Assembly (NCBI RefSeq): GCF_000734015.1
Contig: NZ_CP008796.1
Coordinates: forward strand, 480,001-512,000
From: Thermodesulfobacterium commune DSM 2178
Lineage (GTDB): Bacteria > Desulfobacterota > Thermodesulfobacteria > Thermodesulfobacteriales > Thermodesulfobacteriaceae
Direction: 5' to 3'
Length of the DNA stretch: 32,000 nucleotides
Position numbers and translations under genes: made by a program. The notes under the pieces were generated by a model that saw nothing but the letters and a program-made list of their open reading frames with translations, searched no databases and was not told where the DNA came from. Positions 1-7,408 of this stretch are shown here, piece after piece. How positions within the stretch are numbered: position 1 is the first letter of the stretch; each line of letters begins with the position of its first letter.

Positions 1-1
1 A

Positions 2-307
2 GCTATGGCCATAGGAGAAAAGGCTGGTTTAGAAAAGGAACTTCTTTTAGAGGTGCTTTCTAAGGGTGCAGGACGGTCTTATGTTCTTGAAGTAAAAAAA
101 CAAAAGCTTCTTGAAGGGAAATTTGAACCGCATTTTTCTGTTGAGTTGATGTATAAAGACCTTCACTATGCTCAGGACTTATTCAAAGATTTTAAAGCCT
201 TTAGCATGGTTCTGCAGAACGTAAAAGAGGTTTACGGTTTTGCCAGAAGCAAAGATTTAGGTCATCTAGACTTTTCTGTGGTGTATAAGATTTTTAAGAC
301 TGAGTAG
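2..307 (+). CDS. beta-hydroxyacid dehydrogenase family (3-hydroxyisobutyrate/6-phosphogluconate DH-like), C-terminal fragment; the 5' end is off-window
   Basis: The ORF is open to the window edge. The helical C-terminal domain pattern (GAGRSYVLE...F.VELMYKDLHYA) is typical of the HIBADH-type NAD_binding_11 region. Confidence 0.7.
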   Translation, partial: AMAIGEKAGLEKELLLEVLSKGAGRSYVLEVKKQKLLEGKFEPHFSVELMYKDLHYAQDLFKDFKAFSMVLQNVKEVYGFARSKDLGHLDFSVVYKIFKTE

Positions 308-379
308 TCTTTAAGCTTGGTTACAAAATTATTTTATATCGTCATATTTTGTTATAAAAATTATTGCAGGAGGAAAAAA

Positions 380-1201
380 ATGATAAGTAAAATTGCAGAA
401 GCTTTAAAAATGCAATTTAATCCAGTTGCTGTAATATGGTCGGATGTAAAACCTGAAAATGCTTTACAATTTAAAGAAGGAAGATGGGGATGTGTAATGT
501 GGCTTTTTGTAAATGTAGCAAAAGGAAAAACAGCTGTTTTTGACAGAAAAACTTATGGATGTTGGGGTGGAGGAGTGGGGTTAGGTTTTGGAAATAAATA
601 TCTTGATTTCCCAGGAGGGATTGAGTGTTTTTATTATTTTCTTTCTTCAGGAAATAAAAACTGGGAGAAGGGTAAAATTGTAGCAGAAAATCTAAAACCG
701 TATGTAACTAAAGAATTTCTTGAAGATTTTTTAGAAGGAGAAAGGTATTTGAAAACTCCTGAACAGGTAAAAAAGTTTGTAGAAGAGTTACCTATGATGG
801 AAGTTCCGACAAAATATGTGGTGTTTAAACCTTTAAAAGATGTAGACATTCATGAAGAAAGACCTGTTGTAATTGTCTTTCCTGTTAACCCTCATCAACT
901 TTCTGCTCTTGTTGTTCTTGCAAACTATGGGAGAAACAGTTTTTTGGATAGTGTAATCATTCCCTGGGGTGCAGGGTGTCAGGCAATTGGTATCTATGCG
1001 TATAAACAAAGAGAATCAGTTCCACAAAAAGCAGTAGTTGGATTGACAGACCTTTCAGCAAGAAAAAATGTTAGAAAACAACTTGGAGATAACCTTTTTA
1101 CTTTTGCTGTTCCTTATGAAATGTTTTTAGAAATGGAAGAAAATGTAGAAGGTAGTTTTTTCGAAAGGAATGTTTGGAAAAGTCTTTCTAAATTTTTATA
1201 A
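380..1201 (+). CDS. DUF169 family protein (function unknown)
   Basis: Shows DUF169-like motifs GRWGCVMW, YGCWGGGVGLGFG and WGAGCQAIG. I prefer the ATG at 380 because AGGAGG (368-373) sits 6 nt upstream. The TTG at 317 in the ORF track adds an implausible hydrophobic/basic leader. Confidence 0.75.
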   Translation: MISKIAEALKMQFNPVAVIWSDVKPENALQFKEGRWGCVMWLFVNVAKGKTAVFDRKTYGCWGGGVGLGFGNKYLDFPGGIECFYYFLSSGNKNWEKGKIVAENLKPYVTKEFLEDFLEGERYLKTPEQVKKFVEELPMMEVPTKYVVFKPLKDVDIHEERPVVIVFPVNPHQLSALVVLANYGRNSFLDSVIIPWGAGCQAIGIYAYKQRESVPQKAVVGLTDLSARKNVRKQLGDNLFTFAVPYEMFLEMEENVEGSFFERNVWKSLSKFL

Positions 1202-1338
1202 TCTGTCTGTATAATTTACATCTGTAGTTCCTTAAAAACAACTTCCGATAATGTATATTATGTAAAATAAAGTTTCTGATCTTAAGAACCCTATAGGAAC
1301 CTTGTATAAAAATCTTGGAAAAAACTCTTTGTTCTGTC

Positions 1339-1367
1339 TTGCCTTTATCTAAATTTTTAGTTAAAGT
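1339..1367 (+). promoter_or_regulatory. Weak candidate sigma70-type promoter for the MetE-like/HNH gene pair (TTGCCT-N17-TAAAGT)
   Basis: -35-like TTGCCT at 1339-1344, a 17-nt spacer, and -10-like TAAAGT at 1362-1367, about 59 nt upstream of the ATG at 1426. This is a hexamer match only, in AT-rich DNA. Confidence 0.25.
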
Positions 1368-1425
1368 TATAAAAACTTTTTTAAGTTTTTGGTAATTTAT
1401 TCAAGATTAAGGGGGGTTTTATCTT

Positions 1426-2475
1426 ATGGAGGCTATCGTTCAAAACTTAAAAACCACTCATATAGGCAGTCTTCCTTTTTCTGAACCTGAAAAAGCGGTA
1501 AAAATGGTTTTTGAATACTTAGACATACCTGCTTGGCCTCAACTATCTAAACGTAAAAACGAAGGAATGCTCGTTCAGTTTAACGAAGGCTTTCCAGGTT
1601 TTAACTGGGAAAAAGAAATCTTAGATATATCTTCTCCTGACTTTGAAGAACAGATGATGATCTTTTATGAAAACTATCTGAAAATCATGGAAGAAAATCA
1701 GTTGTCTGAGTTGGCTAACTTTGAACTTACAGAATTTACAGCCCTTGGTTTTAAGTTTTTTTTAGAAATAGCCTCTGAAATTAAACCTAATATGGTAAAA
1801 GGCCAAATCACAGGCCCCTTTACCTTAGCCTCAAGCTTAAAACTACCTAATGGAGAAAGTCCCATTTTTAGGGAAGACCTTAAAGACCTTATCGTCAAGT
1901 TTGTCCTGATTAAAGCCTTGGCTCAGGGATTAAAGCTTAAAGAGATCGCCTATAACGTAATTTTATTTCTTGATGAACCAGGTCTTGCAGGTTTTGGTTC
2001 ATCATCTTTTATTACCATTACTAAAGAAGAAGTCCTTAACATGTTAAACGAGGTAATCTCAGGTTTAAAAAACTTCAACCTTATGATAGGTATTCACATC
2101 TGTGCTAATACCTCTTGGGATCTTCCTTTAAGCTCTGAAGTAGATATCTTAAGTTTTGACAGTTTTAATTTTTACGAAAAATTAAGTATTTATGCCGAAG
2201 AACTTAGAAATTTTCTAAAAAAAGAGAATAAATATTTAGCCTGGGGAGTTATACCAACAGACAGTACTCAGTTAAAAGAGACAAGTTTTGAAGAGATTAT
2301 GAAAAAGTTTGAGACTCAGTTGAAGGATCTTGCTGTAAAGCTCGGATTTTCTGAGGAAGAACTGTTAAAAAAGAGTTTGTTTACTCCTGCCTGTGGTTTA
2401 GGAAGTCTTTCTGAAGACTTAGCTTTAAAAGCCTTGGAATGGCTTAAACGATTTAAACAAACCCTTAACTTATAA
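1426..2475 (+). CDS. Single-barrel MetE/MtaA-like Zn-dependent methyltransferase (cobalamin-independent methionine synthase C-terminal-domain / URO-D superfamily)
   Basis: 349 aa. Carries an H-x-C motif (GIHICAN) and a C-terminal Cys motif (TPACGLGS), matching the His-x-Cys...Cys zinc triad of MetE/MtaA-type enzymes. A strong SD (AAGGGGGG) precedes the ATG. Confidence 0.6.
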   Translation: MEAIVQNLKTTHIGSLPFSEPEKAVKMVFEYLDIPAWPQLSKRKNEGMLVQFNEGFPGFNWEKEILDISSPDFEEQMMIFYENYLKIMEENQLSELANFELTEFTALGFKFFLEIASEIKPNMVKGQITGPFTLASSLKLPNGESPIFREDLKDLIVKFVLIKALAQGLKLKEIAYNVILFLDEPGLAGFGSSSFITITKEEVLNMLNEVISGLKNFNLMIGIHICANTSWDLPLSSEVDILSFDSFNFYEKLSIYAEELRNFLKKENKYLAWGVIPTDSTQLKETSFEEIMKKFETQLKDLAVKLGFSEEELLKKSLFTPACGLGSLSEDLALKALEWLKRFKQTLNL

Positions 2476-2478
2476 TAA

Positions 2479-3078
2479 ATGAAAAAATCACTTTTAAACG
2501 AAAAGGTTTTAGTTTTAAACAAGTATTACCAGGCAATACAGATAACTACTGTACAGAAGGCTATTTGCCATTTAGTTAAAGGTACTGCAAAGGTAATAAC
2601 CTCAGATTGGACTACCCATACGTTTGAGGAATGGATAAAAGTAAGCAAGTTTTATGAAAACGGGGCTCAGTTAATTAAAAGTCCTTCTATTTCTATACTT
2701 ATACCTGAGGCTATATATTTACCTTTTTATGAAAGACTTCCTAAAACTGAAGTTATTTTTTCTAGACAGAATTTGTTTTTACGCGATGGTTTTACCTGTC
2801 AGTATTGTGGAAAATTTCTAAAAAATCCTAAGGATAGAACTATAGATCATATAATCCCTAAGAGCCGAGGAGGAAAAACTGTTTGGACAAACGTAGTCCT
2901 TTGTTGTAAAAAATGTAACTTAAAAAAAGGTAATAAAACCCCTGAAGAAGCAGGATTAAAACTTTTAAAAACTCCAAAACCACCTAAATGGCAATCTCTT
3001 ATCTTGGAAGAGTTCCCAAAACATAAAAAGGAAGTATGGAAGGTGTTTTTAGACTTTGCTGGGATAATAGAAGACTAA
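2479..3078 (+). CDS. HNH endonuclease (McrA/COG1403-like) with an uncharacterised ~100-aa N-terminal domain
   Basis: HNH core CQYCG...DHIIPKSRGG...TNVVLCCKKCNLKKGN. Starts 3 nt after the upstream stop codon. Confidence 0.85.
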   Translation: MKKSLLNEKVLVLNKYYQAIQITTVQKAICHLVKGTAKVITSDWTTHTFEEWIKVSKFYENGAQLIKSPSISILIPEAIYLPFYERLPKTEVIFSRQNLFLRDGFTCQYCGKFLKNPKDRTIDHIIPKSRGGKTVWTNVVLCCKKCNLKKGNKTPEEAGLKLLKTPKPPKWQSLILEEFPKHKKEVWKVFLDFAGIIED

Positions 3079-3083
3079 ACTTT

Positions 3084-3974
3084 CTATTTTTCTATTAATT
3101 CTACTACTTTTTTGAGTAAGTCTTTTGCTTTGGGAGGAAGTTTTTTAGGTAAATAAATATGGTAATCAACGATTAAATTTCCCCTTTTTCCGTTGGGAAA
3201 AAAGGGACCTCTACCCTTAAGGATTACAGGTTGGCCTTCTGTAAAAAGGGAAGAAGAAACCACCTCTTCCCCTTCTAAGGTTTTGATGGTGATGAAATCG
3301 TTTAACAGAATCTCCCAAAAAGGAATTTGACAGCGATATTTTAGGTTTCCATCTTCAAGAGAGAAATAAGGATGAGGTTTAATGATTACTTCTAAATAAA
3401 GATCATAGTCAACCCCTAAACTTTCCTTTTCTACATATATATAATCTCCTTCTTTTAATCCTAAAGGTATATCCAACCAAAACTCGTTAAGTAATTTAAC
3501 ATACCCTTTACCTTTACATTCTTCACATTTTTCAGTGAGGATGACACCCTGCCCTTTACAATAAGGGCAGGTAAGATAAGAGATCGCCTCTTTTCTTTGG
3601 TCATAAGTTTCTACAAAACCACTGCCTTTACAGAAACCACATTGTGAATATGCACCATCTTTTTTCTTACCTAATCCTTCACATTTTGGGCAGACTTTCT
3701 CTTCTCCAGGGATGGTAATTTTCTTTTTTCCCCCAAGGGCTACCTCTTCTACCGTTAACTCTAAAACAGAAAAAAAATAATTTCCTTTTAAAACAGGATT
3801 TTTTAAAACTTTAACTTTAGAAGCCGTCTGATAGGATTGAAAAAACTCCTCATAACTTTTTAAAAACTCTAAAAATGCTTCTTTATCTCCTCCTCTATCA
3901 GGATGAAGTTTCTTAACCGTTTCTCTAAAAAATCTTTTAGCTTCTTCAAAGGAGTTAAATTGTCTAAAGTCCAT
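3084..3974 (-). CDS. Compact DnaJ-like co-chaperone: shortened J-domain, four-CxxCxGxG zinc finger and DnaJ C-terminal domain, with no G/F linker
   Basis: HPD motif (KKLHPDRGGDKE). Zinc-finger repeats CPKCEGLG, CGFCKGSG, CPYCKGQG and CEECKGKG. DnaJ CTD-like tail (GNLIVDYHIYLPKKL). Its start lies 18 nt downstream of the cheR stop on the same strand. Confidence 0.8.
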   Translation of the reverse strand: MDFRQFNSFEEAKRFFRETVKKLHPDRGGDKEAFLEFLKSYEEFFQSYQTASKVKVLKNPVLKGNYFFSVLELTVEEVALGGKKKITIPGEEKVCPKCEGLGKKKDGAYSQCGFCKGSGFVETYDQRKEAISYLTCPYCKGQGVILTEKCEECKGKGYVKLLNEFWLDIPLGLKEGDYIYVEKESLGVDYDLYLEVIIKPHPYFSLEDGNLKYRCQIPFWEILLNDFITIKTLEGEEVVSSSLFTEGQPVILKGRGPFFPNGKRGNLIVDYHIYLPKKLPPKAKDLLKKVVELIEK

Positions 3975-3992
3975 AGGCTAAGTTTTTTGAAG

Positions 3993-4814
3993 TTAATCTT
4001 TTTTATAATAACAGACGGTTTTTCCTAAGATTTTCTTTTCCATATCTGGAAAAGAAACCGGAGCTATCTCTGTAGCTCCTAAAATTAAATAACCGCCAGG
4101 GTTTAATACATTCCACAAATCTCTAAAAACTTTTTGTTTGGTTTCTTGAGAAAAATATATCAGAACATAGCGACAAAAAATAATATCAAATTTAGTCTTT
4201 ACTTTTTGCGAGACTTCAAGAAGGTTTAAAATCTCAAAACGGACCATATTTTTTAGGTTATCGTTTATTTTCCAGTGAGCTCCTTCTTGTTTAAAATACT
4301 TGACCAAAAACACCACAGGTAATCCTCTGTTGACCTCTATTTGGTTGTAAACTCCAGTTTTAGCCTTTTCGATGCTTTTTTTGGAGATATCTGTAGCATA
4401 GATATCTATTTGATAAGTTTTTAAATAAGATTGGAAATATTCGTGAAGAAGTAAAGCAATGCTATAAGGCTCTTGACCGGTTGAACAAGCGGCAGACCAA
4501 ATAGATATTTTCTTTTCTTTTTCTCTTTTTTTGAATAGCTCAGGAAAAATATAATTTTTTAACGTATCAAAGGGGTGTTGATCTCTAAAAAAGTAGGTCT
4601 CGTTGGTAGTAAGAGAATCTACAATCTCGTTTATTAACTTATAGTCAGATCTTGATTTTACTACGTTATAAAGTTCCTCTACATTTCTATATCCTAAGGT
4701 TAAAGCAAGCTCGTTTAATCTACTTTCTATTAGATATTCTTTTCCTTCTTTGTAGGAAATACCACTTATTTTTTCAACTAAAGTTGTAAAAAACTCAAAC
4801 ATCTCTCTTTGCAT
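3993..4814 (-). CDS. cheR: Chemotaxis protein methyltransferase CheR
   Basis: N-terminal CheR helical domain plus SAM-binding motif IWSAACSTGQEPYSIA. Overlaps cheB by 20 nt. Confidence 0.92.
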   Translation of the reverse strand: MQREMFEFFTTLVEKISGISYKEGKEYLIESRLNELALTLGYRNVEELYNVVKSRSDYKLINEIVDSLTTNETYFFRDQHPFDTLKNYIFPELFKKREKEKKISIWSAACSTGQEPYSIALLLHEYFQSYLKTYQIDIYATDISKKSIEKAKTGVYNQIEVNRGLPVVFLVKYFKQEGAHWKINDNLKNMVRFEILNLLEVSQKVKTKFDIIFCRYVLIYFSQETKQKVFRDLWNVLNPGGYLILGATEIAPVSFPDMEKKILGKTVCYYKKD

Positions 4815-5847
4815 TTTCTTGTACCTTAAAAATTTCTTTTAACCTTTGAGGGATCTGCTCTAAGCTTAAAACTTCATCTGCTAATCCAGCTTCTATTACA
4901 GCCTTAGGCATTCCAAAGACAACTGATGTTTCAGCATCTTGTGCTAAAATTACCCCACCCTGTTCTTTTATCTTTTTAGCCCCCTCTTTACCATCGCTAC
5001 CCATACCTGTCAAAATAAGTCCTACCGAACTTCCATCATAGGTCTCGGCTATAGATTCAAACAGTTCATCTACCGCAGGACGGCAGAAATTTCTGGGTGG
5101 TCCTTGATGAAGACGAATTTTATGTATTTCGTTCTCTTTTTTAACTACCATATGAAAATCTCCAGGGGCTATGTAAACCACCCCAGATTTAACAGGCTCT
5201 CCTTGTTCTCCTTCTTTTACTTTAAGTTGTGAAAGACTATCAAGTCGTTCTGCAAGTTGCCTAGTAAAAATAGGAGGCATGTGCTGAACAATAAGGATAG
5301 GAACAGGGAAATTTTTTGGTAGTTTGGGGATGATCTGCATCAAGGTTTGTGGTCCCCCTGTAGAAACACCTATTCCTAAAACATTAAAATTATCTCTTTT
5401 TAAAACCTTTTTAACTGGAGAAGGACGATAGATAAGTGATATTCTTTTTATAGGAACAACGCTTTTTATTTTAGGTATGAGCTGATCCTTGATCTGTTTT
5501 ACACTTTCTAAAAAAGATTTAGTAGAAGGTTTAGGAACAAAGTCGTATGCCCCTAAAGCAAGTGCCTCAATAGTTGCTTTAGCTCCTTCTTGGGTTAAAG
5601 AAGAAAACATAATAACCTTAGCAGATGGTACCTCTTTTTTGAGGATTTTTAATGCCTCAAGCCCATCCATCTCAGGCATTTCGATGTCTAACGTTATGAC
5701 ATCAGGCTTTAAAGCTTTAGCCTTTTCTATCGCTTCACGACCATTTTTGGCGGTATCAACCACCTCTATATCTTTTTCTTCTTTTAAGATATCTACTATC
5801 AATTTTCTCATGATAGCAGAATCATCAACCACAAGGACACGGATCAT
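4795..5847 (-). CDS. cheB: Chemotaxis response regulator protein-glutamate methylesterase CheB
   Basis: Receiver domain (VVDDS...LDIEMPEMDG...PKP) plus an esterase domain with catalytic Ser/His/Asp contexts GVSTGGP, VQHMP and GMGSDG. Confidence 0.93.
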   Translation of the reverse strand: MIRVLVVDDSAIMRKLIVDILKEEKDIEVVDTAKNGREAIEKAKALKPDVITLDIEMPEMDGLEALKILKKEVPSAKVIMFSSLTQEGAKATIEALALGAYDFVPKPSTKSFLESVKQIKDQLIPKIKSVVPIKRISLIYRPSPVKKVLKRDNFNVLGIGVSTGGPQTLMQIIPKLPKNFPVPILIVQHMPPIFTRQLAERLDSLSQLKVKEGEQGEPVKSGVVYIAPGDFHMVVKKENEIHKIRLHQGPPRNFCRPAVDELFESIAETYDGSSVGLILTGMGSDGKEGAKKIKEQGGVILAQDAETSVVFGMPKAVIEAGLADEVLSLEQIPQRLKEIFKVQENAKRDV

Positions 5848-5851
5848 AAGT

Positions 5852-6232
5852 TTAGAACCCCTCTAAAAGAAACTTAATCTTTGTTTCAAGCATCTCTTTA
5901 TCAAAAGGCTTCATCAAGTATTCATTAGCCCCTGCTAGAATGGCATCTATTACACTTTTTTGTTGGTTTTCTGTGGTAACCATCATAACCTTGATATCAG
6001 ACCATTTAGGGTTGGCACGCAGTTTTAATAGAAATTCATAACCATTCATTACTGGCATATGCCAGTCAAGTAAAATAAGTTGAACGTCCGGATGCTCGTT
6101 AAGAACCTTTAAGGCTTCTTCTCCGTTCTCCGCCTCTAATACTTCAAACCCCATCTCTTCTAGATATTTTCTCTCTATTTGCCTGATAGCACTAGAATCG
6201 TCTACTACCATTGCTTTTTTCATCCTTATCAT
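5852..6232 (-). CDS. CheY-like single-domain response regulator (second copy)
   Basis: Receiver motifs VVDDS, LLDWHMPVMNG, MVTTE and MKPF. The true start may be the ATG at 6223 (MKKAMVV), which has better SD spacing. Confidence 0.85.
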   Translation of the reverse strand: MIRMKKAMVVDDSSAIRQIERKYLEEMGFEVLEAENGEEALKVLNEHPDVQLILLDWHMPVMNGYEFLLKLRANPKWSDIKVMMVTTENQQKSVIDAILAGANEYLMKPFDKEMLETKIKFLLEGF

Positions 6233-6248
6233 ACCTCTTTAAAACTTT

Positions 6249-7049
6249 TTAAACACGTTTTTCTATTATAGACCCTGGCAGACTTTCTTCATAAGATATT
6301 TTAATTATAATCTTATTTTGGCTAAAAAGAAAGAGGTTCTTTAAATTTTTATATTCCATCTTAGCAAGTTCATATGCTTCCTTATTATAAAAATAAAGTT
6401 CCAAAAGTATTTCTTTTTCGTCATAACTGAAAAAACATTCAACCAGTCCTAAATATTCTCCATAAAACTTAAGATAAAAAAGTTTGATTTTTCCTTTTCT
6501 TTCTTGAGGAGGACCTAATTCTATGTATCCCCAAGAACGTTCATCATTAAACAGAAAGGGGATAAAAAAACTATCTTCCTGGTAAAAAAGAGTTGCAGCT
6601 TTAACTTTGTCACCTAAAAGTTCTTTAATACTTTCTTCTAAGGGTTTATTTTTTTTGTCTTTTTTGATAAAAAGATCTGTGAATAAGGTAGAAAGGAGAT
6701 TTAATTCTTCTTTTACATAAGAAGAGTTAATATTTTCCTTTTTCCCTGCTTGAGATAGAATATATAAAATTTTTAAATCACTACTGGTTTTTTCTCCAGA
6801 AACAACCTGAAGTACCACCGGGTTTCCTGTTTGCAAAACCTTTACCCTGATATTTTCTCCGACCTTAAAATCCTCTGGATTTACTGTCCCAGCTATCTTT
6901 GCTTGAAATTTTTCTCCTCCTAACTCGAGATTTAAGGTTTTACCCTCTATTCCTACAACCCTGATAACTAACTCTCTACCCGGTCGACTAAAAAGAAACC
7001 AAAGGTTTTCTGGAAGATAAAGTATCGGTGCAGGGGCTGTTATTTGCAT
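6249..7049 (-). CDS. Hypothetical protein in the flagellar/che operon. The N-terminal beta-rich region is FliK-N-like or degenerate PilZ-like, and the C-terminal region is faintly Flg_hook-like. Function unresolved.
   Basis: 266-aa ORF, co-directional with 15-16 nt gaps to both neighbours. The N-terminal pattern is ELVIRVVGIEGKTLNLELGGEKFQAKI...VGENIRVKVLQ. I recognise no catalytic motif. Confidence 0.65.
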   Translation of the reverse strand: MQITAPAPILYLPENLWFLFSRPGRELVIRVVGIEGKTLNLELGGEKFQAKIAGTVNPEDFKVGENIRVKVLQTGNPVVLQVVSGEKTSSDLKILYILSQAGKKENINSSYVKEELNLLSTLFTDLFIKKDKKNKPLEESIKELLGDKVKAATLFYQEDSFFIPFLFNDERSWGYIELGPPQERKGKIKLFYLKFYGEYLGLVECFFSYDEKEILLELYFYNKEAYELAKMEYKNLKNLFLFSQNKIIIKISYEESLPGSIIEKRV

Positions 7050-7064
7050 GGGTTTATCTTATTT

Positions 7065-7406
7065 TTACCTTAATTTTTTAGAGGATAAAATAACCTCTAC
7101 CTCTGCTTCACTTATTTTAAGCTGCTTAGCTATTTCTTTAGAACTTAAACCTCTTTCTGAAAGATAAAAAACCTGGTCTTTAACCGACCTATCTTTACCC
7201 CTTCCTTCTGCTAAAGGTTTTGATGCCTTTTGAAGTTCTTCTAATTTTTTTACCAACTCTTGAGCCCTTTCTATACTTTCTTTGATTTCTTCCCATGGAA
7301 GGTCAAACACCTTTTTAAATTTTAGATAAAAAAACACAAACCCTGCTATCATCAGAAGATCTACCATCACGAGAATGATCAAAAAAGTAATAGTCAAACC
7401 ACTCAT
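7065..7406 (-). CDS. Small membrane-anchored helix-turn-helix protein (DUF2802/DUF6115-like architecture: N-terminal TM, coiled coil, C-terminal HTH)
   Basis: TM segment LTITFLIILVMVDLLMIAGFVFFYL, a charged helix, then a LuxR/sigma-r4-like HTH LSERGLSSKEIAKQLKISEAEVEVIL. The ATG lies 2 nt after the upstream stop. Confidence 0.7.
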   Translation of the reverse strand: MSGLTITFLIILVMVDLLMIAGFVFFYLKFKKVFDLPWEEIKESIERAQELVKKLEELQKASKPLAEGRGKDRSVKDQVFYLSERGLSSKEIAKQLKISEAEVEVILSSKKLR

Positions 7407-7408
7407 CC

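Noticed and set aside
317-379. TTG-initiated N-terminal extension of the DUF169 ORF, and the analogous TTG at 26217 for the SpoU gene
   Set aside because: The downstream ATGs (380 and 26256) are better starts. AGGAGG precedes 380 at 6 nt, and the 26217 start would overlap the predicted -10/TSS. Neither extension resembles the respective family's N-terminus.
1245-1251. CCGATAA, resembling the -10 element of sigma-28 (FliA) promoters, upstream of the MetE-like gene
   Set aside because: No TAAA-type -35 element lies at the required ~15-nt spacing (that position reads TAGT). The downstream gene is also not flagellar, so this is probably chance.
1202-1425. Possible riboswitch (SAM or cobalamin) in the 224-bp leader of the MetE-like gene
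   Set aside because: The region is extremely AT-rich. I saw no conserved riboswitch core sequences or extended G:C helices, and such helices would be expected in an organism whose structured RNA is GC-rich.
5489-5866. 125-aa + strand ORF
   Set aside because: It is an antisense shadow of the cheB receiver domain and has no recognisable motifs.
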